Under the pieces are notes generated by a model that did not search any database, was not told the origin of the DNA, and worked only from the letters and a program-made list of their open reading frames with translations. This document shows positions 1-14,135 of a stretch of DNA of 64,000 bases, piece by piece. How positions within the stretch are numbered: position 1 is the first letter of the stretch; the number at the start of each line of letters is the position of its first letter. This DNA is from Octopus vulgaris (taxonomy: Eukaryota), in assembly GCA_951406725.2 (NCBI GenBank), contig OX597829.1, positions 51,460,001-51,524,000 of the forward strand. Reading direction: 5' to 3'. A program made the position numbers and the translations under genes.

Positions 1-99
1 CCCACCCCGTGTGGTTGCACCGAAGAATGTGTCATGGTTTATTTTTGCTGATGTGTAGGCTCAAATATTTACATGAATTACAATCATACATGCATGCTC

Positions 100-400
100 A
101 AATTTGTACGCGGCACCTTGGACAGGTGACACCTACTATGGCGTCAGGTTAACCAAAACCTTGCGAGAGGATTTGGTAGATGGAAACTGAAGTCCGTCAA
201 ATATGTGTGTGTGTGTTTATCCACCAACACCAAACAACCGGTGTTGGTGTGTTTATGTACCCATAACTTAACAGAGTTAAGAGACTGATAGAATAAACAC
301 CAGGTTTTAAAAGAGTAAGTACTAGGATTTTTTTTGTTTGAATAAAATTCTTCAAGGTCGTGCCCCAGCATGGCTGCAGTCTAATGACTGAAACAAGTGA
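100..400 (+). mobile_element. SINE family A (tRNA/CORE-type, octopus OR2-like), 5'-truncated copy
   Basis: gcaccttggacaggtg CORE-like motif, ggatttggtagatggaaactgaag, (tg)n, and the 3' tail ccccagcatggctgcagtctaatgactgaaacaag shared with roughly 20 copies in the window. The family name is from memory. Confidence 0.7.
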
Positions 401-1305
401 TACACACACACAATGGCGTACCAACAAGGTTGTTTGACCTGCTAGAAATACCAGCTAAAAGTTCCCCAACTTGCACAGTAGTGTCATAAAAAAGTGAGCA
501 AGAAATAAGGACAAAATATCTGGATGAGAATGGTTGGCATGCCTTTCACTTGCAGTTCTGCTCCGTCACGGCTAAACTACCTTTCGGTAACTACTCGTAT
601 GTCGTAAGAGGTGAGAGGACAGGCCTCATCGTCTTAGCAGAACCATCCAATGAATGCCATCATACTGACAATTATGTGTGTGTATTCATGCATGCACTTA
701 TGCTTGGAGTTATGAGAAGCAGTAGGAATGACATAGGAAGGAGATAAAAGTGTGTCTGTGGACAGAGGCTTAAGTATATCTGCGAAAGATTTTACGCCAA
801 TCAGACCAAGTGGCCCTTTTCTAGGTGCAGGCTAGGCCGTCTTTGTACAGGAGTTGTACGCACATACGTATATACGCATGCAACTGTAATTGCAGGCTAA
901 AATAACATGGTGTGTGTGTCCATACCCCAATAAAGTGCTCCAATTTCAAAATACAAACCCTATTAGACAAAATAATTGGCTATGGGTTATAAAAAGGATG
1001 ACTGAAAATAAATATATCTTTTACTTGTCTCATTGAAGCCCGAGCCTAACTAACCCAAGCCATGCCCGGGCTTCAATGAATCGATCCCAGTACTTATTTT
1101 TGTTTTTTTAAAGTTTCGTATATATTCAATCATTGTCTTTTGTCGAACTGCAAGATAACGGGGACGTAAACACACCAACATCGGTTGTCAAGCGGTGGTG
1201 TGGGCAGACAGACAGATGTACACACACACACAAATGCATTGTGTGTGTGCTTCAGTAGATTATCTTGGAGATAATCTACTGAGGCACACACACGTTTTGG
1301 CATCA

Positions 1306-1826
<521 letters not shown>

Positions 1827-2167
1827 CGTGTGGTGTGCGTGCGTAAACAAGGAACGACCCAAAAATTTTAAACAGAATAATCAACAAACCAATTAGGCAA
1901 TAAAAATTCTTCTAAATAAGTTTTTCCCCCATTACAAACGGAAAGTTTCTTCCGTTTAGAAAACCTATTTTCGTTCAAAACGATTTACATCATTTACAAA
2001 AAAGTCACTTCCGATCTTAGGTCAGCTTAAAAGCATTTCTAGCTAGGACTATCCCATCTTATTTCCAAACATTGGAATCGTAAGTGCATGTTATAAGAAG
2101 GAGGACTTTAGAGCTATGTATGTTACGGAAATTTGGGCGATATTTTTAAACCATAACAAGGTAGGTC

Positions 2168-2340
2168 TACGTTCTGAGTTCAAATTCCGCCGAGGTCGAC
2201 TTTGCCTCTCATCCTTTCGGGAGTCGATAAATTAAGTACCAGTTACGCTCTGGGGTCGATGGAATCGACTTAATACCTATGTCTGTCCTTGTTTGTCCCC
2301 TCTATGTTTAGCCCCTTGTGGGTAATAAAGAAACAGGTAT
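2168..2340 (+). mobile_element. SINE family B (tRNA-derived; core gaggtcgactttgcctttcatcctttcggggtcgataaattaagtacc)
   Basis: B-box-like gagttcaaattcc plus the conserved core and the tail gccccttgtgggtaataaagaaa. Homologous to the copies at 38771, 41095, 55431 and 63190. Confidence 0.8.
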
Positions 2341-4739
2341 GTGGTTAAGACACTTGCTTCTCAACCATGTGGTCTCGGGTTCGGCACCTTGGATAGGTGT
2401 CTTCTACTATACTCTCAGAGGCTGCTGACCAAAGCCATGCGAGTGGATTTTGCAGACACAAACCGAAAAGAGGAAGCCCGTCGTGTTGTGTGCGTATATG
2501 TTTGTACATGACAACTGTTGTTGGTTTGTTTGCGTCCCTGTAACTTAGCTGCTCGTTACATCCAATATTACTTTTTCTTATCGTTTCAGTCATTGAACTG
2601 CGGCCATGCTGGAGCACCCCGCCACCACATCCTTCTTATTAAAAGCCTGGTGCTTACTTATGCTATTATTGGTCTATTTTGCAGATGTAACCCATAGAAT
2701 GAGTAGTAGGCTTTAAAAAAAAAAGAGAAATAAACTGCTGAGGTGGGTTCGATTCATTCAACAAAACTTTTCAGAACAGTGCCCCCGCATGGCCGCAACA
2801 TATCGACCGAAGTAAGATATAAAAAAGAAACAAAAAATCACAAAAGTGTGTATTTTTTTTAACCCCCCTTTTTTGTCTGTAATTTAAATAAATTGAAAGG
2901 AAAATTTACAGGAAACATCATGGTTTTTCCGTTTACCAATCTTCTTTCAATATGATTTGGTTTATCTTCATGTGTTGCGGGGGAGGGGGGAATCTTTTGC
3001 GAAAAGATTTAAAACATTTTCTAATTCAAGGAAAATAAAATAAAAATTGTTTTCATCAATGAGATATATAAATATTATATTGGCAATGTTTCACGAAACA
3101 TTGCCATTATATTATGCTATTAATTAGTGTCACAAATACTTCTGAAACAAAACTTTTTATGTATATCATTTGCTGAATATCTTCCTAGAAACAATGAAAT
3201 ATTGTTAACAAATCTAGAAATCATTATATTTGTGTAACATAACTAGGGGCCCACCACGACGTTGTTTCCTCATAACTTTAAAAAAAAAAGGGGATATTTT
3301 TTAATGAAATTTCCTACAAATACGTTTAACATGATATAAACAATTCCACTGTTTGTCAATTTGGGTAAATGTCTTTCTTCTACAATTGCTCCCCACCGAC
3401 CAAAACCTTATCCTCCGCTCCCAAATGACAACCACTGCTGATTTGTTTGTTTCCCTATAACTTAGCGGTTCGGCAAAATAGACCAATAATAGCATAAGTA
3501 AGCACTATAAGTAAGCTTTTAAAAAGAAGGATGTGGTGGCGGGGTGCTCCAGCATGGCCGCAGTTCAATGACTGAAACATGTAAGAAGAAAAAAAGATTG
3601 GAATTTAATGTAAAAAAGAAAACGGGGGGGGGGTGAATATTTCTGAAAGTTATGAGGAAACAAAGTCGATGTGGCGATGGCGAGGGAATCGAATCACTCA
3701 TGTGTAACTATGTCATTTTGTTTTCAACTTTTTAAGAAAAAAAAGTCGATCTGTGAAGAAAAAAAAACATTAAACCAAAAAAAATAAATTAAAAACATTT
3801 AAAGAAATAAATCGACAAAAAACGATTTAACAAACAAAATCCCAAATAACAAATAAACTATTTTACAAGATAAATTAATAAAATTATATAACATGAAAGT
3901 CTGAACATTTATGGGAAAATGAGTGGAGTAAAAAAATGTGTTTAATGTGTGTGAAATTCATGGTATTTACCTGATCTGACAGTTTTTTTGTTTGCTTAAT
4001 TTTTCGATTCCCACAAGTTAATTAATTCTTTCATAAATTCAAATTATTTCAATAAATTCTCAGCTAGATGGTTAGTTGTTTGTTTTCTTTTTTCTTTTTT
4101 CTTACTATCATTCAATAACAAAAATAAATGGCAAAGCAGGAGAAAGTCACTTCCTTTTCTTTCATGCGAAACTTATATATATATATATATATATCCTCGT
4201 GAAGTGACCAACAAGCCGAGTTGAGCAAAGAGGAAATGCTTGGGTATATAAAAAAAAATGATACTCCTATATATATATATATATATATAAACATACACAC
4301 ATATATACATATTTACATACATACATACATGCGCGCGCACACATTCACGCACGAATACACATATACACACACACACACGCACACATTCACACATACGCAC
4401 ACATTCACACATACGCACACATTCACGCATACACACACACGCACACATTCACGCATACACACACACATTTATGCATAAACAGGCACATCCACACGCAATA
4501 ACTTGAGAAGTTGCCGCGAAAGAGAAATCAACCATCGTAGTAACTTTAAAAACAGAAAAAAACCAATAAACTACACTAAATTGTCGATGAACAAGAAGGA
4601 ACAATCGATAGAAATATCGAAAACACTGCGACTATACTGGATGTTTGTGTGACACTAAGTTACCAGTAATGACTTACTGAACGAGCAACAAGTATTTAAA
4701 ACTATATTTACAACAAACATGGTTGGATCGATGTTGTCA

Positions 4740-5995
4740 TACACATACAGACACACAAACTACAAACACGCATACATATACACACACTTACCTACACACA
4801 TCCGCATACATACAAACATACATATACACAGAGACACAAACTACAAACACGCATACATATACACACACTTACCTACACACATTTGCATACATACAATTAC
4901 ATACATATACACACACTTACCTACACACATCCGCATACATACAAACATACATATACACACAGACACAAACTACAAACACGCATACATATACACACACATA
5001 CCTACACACATCCGCATACATACATACATAGATACACACACACACACAAACTACAAACACGCATACATATACACACACTTACCTACACACATCCGCATAC
5101 ATACAAACATACATATACGCACAGACACAAACTACAAACACGCATACATATACACACACTTACCTACACACATCCGCATACATACAATTACATACATATA
5201 CACACAGACACAAACTACAAACACGCATACATATACACACACTTACCTACACACATCCGCATACATACAAACATACATATACACACACAGACACAAACTA
5301 CAAACACGCATACATATACACACACATACCTACACACATCCGCATACATACAAACATACATACACACACATACCTACACACATCCACATACATACATAGA
5401 TACACACACAGACACAAACTACAAACACGCATACATATACACACACTTACCTACACACATCCGCATACATACAAACATACATATACACAGACACAAATTG
5501 CAAACACGCATACATATACACACACATACCTACACACATCCGCATACATACAAACATACATATACACACACAGACACAAACTACAAACACGCATACATAT
5601 ACACACTTACCTACACACATCCGCATACATACAAACATACATACACACACATACCTACACACATCCACATACATACATAGATACACACACAGACACAAAC
5701 TACAAACACGCATACATATACACACACTTACCTACACACATCCGCATACATATACGCACAGACACAAACTACAAACACGCATACATATACACACACTTAC
5801 CTACACACATCCGCATACATACAAACATACATATACGCACAGACACAAACTACAAACACGCATACATATACACACACTTACCTACACACATCCGCATACA
5901 TACAAACATACATACACACACAGACACAAACTACAAACACGCATACATATACACACACATACCTACACACATCCGCATACATACAATTACATACA
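4740..5995. repeat. ~80-bp CA-rich minisatellite (about 14 variable units)
   Basis: Unit acagacacaaactacaaacacgcatacatatacacacacttacctacacacatccgcatacatacaaacatacatatac recurs. ctacaaac occurs at 4760 and 4841. Confidence 0.93.
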
Positions 5996-6802
5996 TAAAG
6001 GCTTGTAACGTGTATGTAAAGGGAAGGCAGCCCCGTTCTTAATTAATGAAATAATTAGTAATTAGGTTGTGTCTGGGGTGTTGAAATAAACTTCATCATT
6101 ATTACTTTATATTTATTTCTAACAAAAGTTATTCTCAAACAAGCGCTCCATCCACAACTAAAGAAAAAATTTTGTAATACAGGGGTTAAAAATAACCACA
6201 ACATAATTCCCTACATAAGAATGAAGGACAAAAATTTATTATCTAACCCAAGATTATCGCAGATCCAGCAGACTTATTTATTAATCAAAACGTCCCAGTT
6301 GTGATTATCCATCCTCTATCTCCCCCCCTGCCATTACTTAGTGTCTCTAGTGTTATATTACGAAACGAATCCTTTAAGACGGCTAAGGTGTGATTATTGA
6401 GGGATGTTTGGCTACTATTTCAAGCAGGTCGAGTGAATAATATATATATATATTGGCCATAAAATTAATGAGAGTTGTAATGTAATATATAGTTGTCTGA
6501 AACGACAAGTACACGATCGAATATTAATAACACAGATTTAGTTGTTTTTGTTTCTGGTAATTGCGGGTCACGCACAGAGTTCTTTTCACCCAACTTTTTA
6601 TTACTTATTTTATTAATTATTTTTTTACCTTTACCTTTACCATTTTGAGCACTTTTAAGAAATGGACTACCAACCAGGCCGATACAATTACAGTGTACCT
6701 ACACTTCGAAGGTGTTTTAAAAGCTTTTTTTAATGTATTTGCTTCTCGCCATAAACTTTACAGACATAGAATCTATTTTGCTATGATGATGATGATAATA
6801 AA

Positions 6803-6848
<46 letters not shown>

Positions 6849-7518
6849 GTAATAAGCATATCATAGAGCAATGAGAACGGGAGCCATATACGGTAGGCAT
6901 ATTAAGCTGTGCAGACAGCTATTAACGAAGATTTCTTAGATCTAACAAATGTGAACTTCTTCACACACATTATGAGTAGGTATACCTATGAATGCATTTA
7001 TGTATATGTATGTTAGGATTGATTATCAATGACAGGTACCCTGCATTCAAAAATACAGGTGGACAGCACACTCGAGTAACTAATCGCTATTTGAAAATGA
7101 GGTAATGGTGGGGGGAACTCATACTTTTAAGTAATTCTTTAAGATCAGCAAATTAATTAAGCTTCCTTATTAGAGAACAACACATCGATTAAAAAACAAG
7201 AACTTTTTTTAAATCAATGCAAAACCTCAGCGTTTATTTACTTGGTTTGGTTGTTTTTTTACCGTTTCTTATATCAAAATCCATTGGATATTTTAAAGAC
7301 ATCTAATAATTAATTAAAAGAGCAAGTTGTCTTTAAAGTTGGGGAGATTTAAAAAAGAAAGAAAAAACATCCCAATTTTGTTTACTCGGTATTTCGAGTT
7401 ATTACACACGCACACACACACATAAAAGATCTTAATTTGTATGTGCATATACTTGCCTTTTAACTAAGATCTCAACACCTGTAAAATATTCAGCTAAATA
7501 TTTTCAGACTGATTATAT

Positions 7519-7878
7519 GATACATACATACATACGTACAAACATACATATATACATACATACGTACAAACATACATATATACATTACATATATACATAC
7601 ATATATACATACATACATACATACGTACGTACGTACGTACAAACATACATATATACATTACATATATACATACATATATACATACATACATACATACATA
7701 CATACATACATACATACATACATACATACATACGTACGTACGTACAAACATACATATATACATTACATATATACATACATACATATATACATACATACAT
7801 ACATACATACGTACAAACATACATATATACATTACATATATACATACATACATACATACATACATACATACCACACAT
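7519..7878. repeat. (TACA)n microsatellite with higher-order units
   Basis: Directly visible. Confidence 0.95.
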
Positions 7879-8506
7879 GTAACAAGAAAAAATCCTAACA
7901 ACAACAACAACAAAACTCAGTACACACGATCTTACAAACAATCTATTGTCATCATATTTCTATTTTTAAACGTCGATCATTCATTAATTAAAAGTAAATA
8001 AGTTGTTCTACAAAGTTTGTTAGTTGCATCGTGGTGGTGACAACGATCCATTATCATATCACAAAAACATGTTTAATGTGTACGACGCGATCAATGATAA
8101 TATATGGAATAAGTAAGGGGATAAATAAAAGTTTGTCGTATAATATATATATATATGTGTGTGTGTATTGTACGGCCATATATATTTATGGATGTATGTT
8201 TATATGCGTTTGTGTATATATATGCAGATGTATATTAGGTAGATTTATATATTCATGGCTGTTTCGTAAACAGACGTACATCATACATAATATAATAATA
8301 ATGAAATAATAATAATACAAATACAAATCGAAGAAGGGGCGAAAAAAACCCAGCAGAGACAGGCATAAATCGAGATAATAATATAATAATAATATACGAT
8401 ACAGTTTGAAAAAAAAAAAAGATTTTAAAAAAGGATAATCATAAAGAGATAGGTAGAAAAAAAAAGTTAGTGGAGAAGGTAAAAAAAAAAAGTTTAGTAG
8501 TAAAGT

Positions 8507-8614
8507 ACTCACGAGATTTGTTTGAAGTTTTCAGGAGCAGTGGACAAAAAAAAATTGCGAAGTAGGTTCCTGGAGGTGCCCTCCCACTATAATAACACAG
8601 TTCGGATGACGTCA
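8507..8614 (-). promoter_or_regulatory. Possible promoter and short non-coding first exon of a leftward gene (CRE palindrome, TA-rich box, GTGAGT donor)
   Basis: Perfect TGACGTCA at 8607-8614, TA-rich box at ~8587-8594, and minus-strand donor C|GTGAGT at ~8513/8512. These lie in unique, CpG-retaining sequence. Confidence 0.3.
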
Positions 8615-9394
8615 GTAAAAGCTTGAAACAGTCTTAACAACACTTTTTTTCAAACACCACTAACCATTATTACCACGGTCCTTCCCTCTTTACATTTTTA
8701 TCTCTCTCTCTATCTCTCTCTCTACCTATTCATTTTTATTCTATTGTCCTTTCTATTTCATTTTGTATTTTTGTTTTTTTTTTCACTTTAGGTTCGTAAC
8801 TCTCTACTCAACTTTCTTTCTTTCTCACCCTCCCTCTATAACTATCTCACCCTCCCTCTACAACCATGTTTCTTGAATTCTTTATCACTCTTTCCCCCTC
8901 TCTCTATAACTATCACTCTATCCCTATGTGTCTCTAAAATTCATTATCGCTCTCTCTCTTACAAGCTTTCTCTTTCCTTGTTTTCCCTCTCTTAGTATTT
9001 TCTATTTCTTCTCTTCTTTCTCTCCTCATTCAATCTCATTTCGCCTTTTCTTCCTCTTACTCTTCCTCTTCACTTTCCCCCTCTCTTAGTTTCATTTTCT
9101 CTTTTTCTCTTTCACTATTCCTTCCCCTCTATTTTCTACCCTTCTTTTTCTCTCACATTTTATTCCTCCTCCCCCACCCCATGCCTTGTAATATGCCTGA
9201 TTGCTTAGACATTTCACTTGCTCGACCACTCCACTGTATTTCCTCTTATACACTTTACTATTTATAAAGACATTGAGTAATTTATATATATATGTATATA
9301 TACATATATATATAAGAATTAAAATTAGGAAACTCAAATTAGGAAATCAACTTTTTTTTTACATACTCTCACACAGTTATAAATTCGACTTAAA

Positions 9395-9435
<41 letters not shown>

Positions 9436-10234
9436 TACATATCGACATTATATGAATATTTTCACCATATTTAAATATACATAAAAATACATGTAAATAG
9501 AATTTATGTAGGATATATAAATAAAAGAGTGATAAAAAGAGAACTGGTAAAAAAAATTTTTTGTGTACGAAAATTAAGAGCGATTAAGAGTTCCAATTAA
9601 AAGATCCATAAAATTCAATGTTTTTTATTTATTTATTTTATTTTTTTTTTTTTTTTGCTTTTAAATATATAAATGGTATATAATACAATTCGAGCAAGTT
9701 CACTTTCTACGGCCGTTTCCAGAGTTCATGTCCTGGTAGGAAAAATTGATAGAAATTTTACAAGCCATGCGGACAATGTCCCCTTCGTTACATACGGTGG
9801 TATCCTCATAAAATCACATTCTTGACAATTTTTTTAATTCTATTTCTTTATTGGCCACAAGAGGCCAACGTACAGGGGACAATACAAAGACATGTTAGGA
9901 CATATCAGACAGGAAAAAAGAAAAAAAAACGAAAAAGAAATAAAATCAAAAACGTATGTTCATTCTTGACAATTTTTGATTCTTACAGAGGGATGGATAT
10001 ATGGTTTATATAAAATTTCATTCTTACATTTGCAAATGAGAGAGTGGAGAACAGGAAATGAAGGGACAAGTACATTAACCTATTGCGACTTAAATCTAAT
10101 TAAACGTAGCACAGTGGAATATTCCACAGCACTAAGGGCTAAAAGGTTTCAAGTTGCAGGTACTCTTCCAAATCAATCATCCAATATGTTTGGTTCCATA
10201 AATTAATACCTTAATATTACTTTTAATACTAATT

Positions 10235-10435
10235 TTAAGGTAGTCGACTTTCTGGACATAACATTGGACCTTAATACTGAATTATACTACCCCTTTCGAA
10301 AACCTAATCAATCCCTACAATAAATTAACATTTCCTCAAATCGTTTTAAATCAACTATCAACAGCATTGTTACAGTTATTACCATTAGAATCTCAAATTT
10401 ATCTGTCAATGAGGAGATCTTTAATCAACATGCCC
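10235..10435 (+). pseudogene. Penelope-like element RT fragment (Naiad/Neptune-like)
   Basis: Manual translation VVDFLDITLDLNTELYYPFRKPNQSLQ*INISSN...IRISNLSVNEEIFNQHA matches the PLE RT motif FLD.tl.L..g.y.PyrKPN...SNHP. It contains an internal stop. Confidence 0.8.
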
Positions 10436-10655
10436 TGGGATTCATTTACAGATAGCAAGACACAATTTGTTCAAAAACGAGTCCCTAAGCCTGCAAAGTA
10501 CCAAGACAACTATCCAACGTTCCCAAGTCTTGATTCTACTCTTATTTCAATAAACAAGTTTCAGTAATGTTTTCGCTAATGAGGTCTGTACATTTGGGAA
10601 AGTGAAAATGTCGCAACTCAAAGCCTCAAGCTATTGAGTCTACTTCTATTGTGTG

Positions 10656-11082
10656 CAGGGCCAGATTAAGACCCTTCGAGGCCCTAAGCACTTAAAAGAT
10701 TTTGGTGCCCCCATAGAAGATTATGTAATTCAAAATATAAACAATAACAAAGTATAAAATAATTTTTTATTTTTCAAAACAAAACAAAAAAGTAAAAGGG
10801 GAAATAATGTTTATTTTTGTATACTTTTACTATATTTATATTTGAAAAGTTTCCTCCTACTTTTTTGAATTGCAAAGTCTTTGATCAGATCCTCAAAATT
10901 AATCTTATGTAAAACACCTGCATCTATTATTTAGTAGAGATAAAGGAATCCCAAATATTATTTCAGCAAGTTTAAAGGGATTTCTTTTGTGCTGTAAACC
11001 ATTTCCCATTTCTGTGGTGCCCTCTCCTTCCTTTGAGGCCCCAAGCACATGCTTATTTTGCTTAAGGGTTAATCCAGTGCTG
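10656..11082. mobile_element. hAT-type MITE
   Basis: TIRs cagggccagattaa / ttaatccagtgctg. 8-bp TSD attgtgtg / agtgtgtg (7/8 match). Confidence 0.8.
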
Positions 11083-11901
11083 AGTGTGTGGTGACTGATT
11101 TCAGATTTATAGAGAGGTAAACAAACATTGAGCAATTAGTTTTAAAAAATCATACAAAAAACGTTTCTTGTGACTATTGAAACAAAGTGTCAATAGTCAT
11201 AATGGTCTACAATACTTTGTAGCTATGAACATAAATCACAGTGGTAATTTAACTATGGAAAATTAGTGAAGATTAGTGAACTTGTGAAGATTCTCCATTA
11301 GCTCGTATCAGGGCTTTCCCTTGATTAATCATGAATTTGATTTAATTACCACTGAGAGATGGATCTACATTTATCCACTGTTTGATCAATGCATCTTTCA
11401 GCTCCCTAATTAATACAACTTTTGATCTTTCTCACAATCTTTTGCCAAGGTATTTCTATATGTGTACTTTTAGATTAAGATCAGTTTTTTTAAGAAATCG
11501 TTCCAGAGGTTTGATTCTGTGAGCATCCAAGTTTGTGATAACTTATTTGTGTGACATGGAGTTCTGTATTCTTACGAATTAATGGAATAGGTGGGTAATA
11601 AACCCTTTCAAGTATTTGACAGTATTTTAGGTCATTTAAGTGGTTTCCAACTGAAGAAAAATTAGCTTTGATCTCTGTATTACCTCACCTGCCCCCTCTC
11701 CTCCCATGCAATAATTCCAATGCTCCAATGTTCCTTGCAAACAATCAGACGCCATGTTTCACTTTAGTTGCCCAATACATGTTTCTCACGAATGGAGAAA
11801 ATTAGTAAATTTACATTTGTCAGACAATATTATTTGATGACCTATACTCATATTTCCGGTTGCAAAACTCTTTATAATCCAGTTCACTTTTTGGTCGTTT
11901 T

Positions 11902-12415
11902 CATCATCATCGTCATCGTTTAACGTCCGCTTTCCATGCTAGCATGGGTTGGACGAATGACTGAGGTCTGGCAAACCAGATGGCTGCACCAGGCTTCAAT
12001 CTTGATCTGGCAGAGTTTCTACAGCTGGATGCCCTTCCTAACGCCAACCACTCCGAGAGTGTAGTGGGTGCTTTTACGTGCCACCGGCACGGGGCCACTC
12101 AGGAGATACTGGCAACGACCTCGCTCATATCTTTTACACATGCCACCGGCACAGGTGCCAGTAAGGCGATGCTGGTAACGATCACGCTCGAATTGTTGCC
12201 ACTCTGGCAACGATCATGCTCAGATGGTGCTCTTAATACCCTACAAGCACGGGGCTCAAGTGCCAGTAAGGTGACACTGGTAACGATCACGCTCGAATGG
12301 TGCCTTTTAAGTGCCACTGGCACGGAAGCCGGTTAGCCACTCTGTCAATGATCACACTCGTATGGTGCTCTTTGCACCCCGCTAGCATGGACGCTAATCA
12401 TCGACTTTGATTTTG
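11902..12415 (-). mobile_element. RTE-tail short element (family C) ending in (GAT)n
   Basis: Reverse complement of gtggttggcgttaggaagggcatccagctgtagaaac...cccatgctagcatggaaagcggacgttaaacgatgac, with internal gccagtggcac/aaaagcacc repeats. The same tail follows the RTE ORF at 29600-29870. Confidence 0.8.
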
Positions 12416-12561
12416 ATTAGGCAGTGAAGCAATGGGTTAGGTGGCCAAAAGTTCGAAGTCACCGACAACAACATTCTTGTATAAGAATTACAAATCTGTA
12501 CTCTACATAAGTATAGAGTGACCCGTCAGATTAATGTGAAATTGTTTTTATAATAGCATAA

Positions 12562-12669
<108 letters not shown>

Positions 12670-13489
12670 TAATGCTTTGCTACTTCGTAATAATCTTTAT
12701 TATTATTATTGTTATATATCAAAAGGATTTGTTATAATACTATTCCACATATACAAAAACAACCATACCAACAATCCAACATACCACTATCATCAACTGC
12801 TCCACAGATATGATTATGATTTCGACATTTGGGCAGTACCATTCAATCAGGCAGTGTTAACAGCACTAAAATAAGTGTTGTTTGGGAACAAACATACCAA
12901 AGAAACCACAACTTTCAAACACATTTATCCTATGTACAACGGTATCGGTAAATAAATTAAATAAGTAAATCTATAACCAACTCCTAAATATGGAACTAGA
13001 CAACGACCAAACCTTTAAGTCATGCAAAAAATATTCCCTACAGTCTTCCATAGTATAATATAAAAGTGAAAGTTTAATAACCTCATTCATTCAATCTAAA
13101 TATAGGCAGGATTAAACAGTAACTTTAAGATTAAACTACAACAAAGAAACACATAAATCTATGTACATCTGTTTTGGTATTAATAGTAAACCTACAATAA
13201 CTAAATAGCAACCAATCTTAAGTCCATACAAATAATAATCCCACTAGTCTTCCATAGTTACTACTACAATAAAAAAGTGAAAGCCTAATATTCAATTCTC
13301 TCCAAAGCAAAACACGATTGAATTTAATTTAACGAATAATATGAAATAATTAGGAGAGAAATACATTATTTCATAATTCAAAAGTTAATTATAAAAAAAC
13401 TACATACTTATTAATATATATTACCCTTACAAGCTTTAATGTAAAATTACCAGTAAATAATAGAAAAATTAAATTTTATTATATAGGAA

Positions 13490-13884
13490 CTAGCAGTATC
13501 ACCCGTCGTTGCTCGGGTTTGTAAGGGAAATAACTATATAAGCATTTTTAGAGATGTAAAGTATAATAGCCATCTCAATATGGCTAACCACAAAGGGGTG
13601 TTACTGTAGCTTTTTACGTTCTGAGATTTAATAATAAATTTTTAGAGAGTTACTTCCCTTATATATGCCAAAAATGCATTAAAAATGGGAAAAATTGATG
13701 GTAAATTTCTTTTTTTAAATCGTAGACTCATCGTAGACGCGCGCTAATACCCAGAAGGGCTCGATATGAATCACGACTATAAGATACCCGCTTTTGGTTA
13801 CACTGCACCGCAAAATGTGGGAGTAGTTAGGAACCTAAATCGTAGGAGACAGACAGCACACAACCTCACTTTTATATATAAAGA
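13490..13884 (-). mobile_element. Non-autonomous Helitron
   Basis: Minus strand starts TC(tttatatataaaa) and ends with the hairpin cccgagcaacgacggg followed by CTAG. Inserted between A and T with no TSD. Confidence 0.85.
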
Positions 13885-14135
13885 TTAATAAAAGTATACT
13901 TGTCTTCAGTCATTCCAAAACATTGCTACGATCAAAGCTAAATCAAGACTGTTTAAAAAATAGTAAAATTACAAAGCATTAACACTTAAAATGTTTTATC
14001 AAACCACGTGGTTCCATCACCTCTAGAACTTAAAAGACTATCTTAACTATTGTGTAATTACTACTTCCTCAATTGACTTGAACAATATTGGTGATGTGGT
14101 AAGCAAATAACTTGAATCGTAAACATTCTAAATCT

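Noticed and set aside
4719-5725. His/Thr/Tyr-rich ORFs up to 265 aa
   Set aside because: Stop-free minisatellite, open in several frames.
12490-12532. Hammerhead on the minus strand (ctgacgg plus actctatac/gtagagt hairpin)
   Set aside because: A9 and GAAA are missing, so it is too degenerate to call.
13890-13912. Hammerhead downstream of the PLE fragment (ctgaaga-caag-tata-ctt)
   Set aside because: No GAAA follows, and the region is cut by a Helitron.
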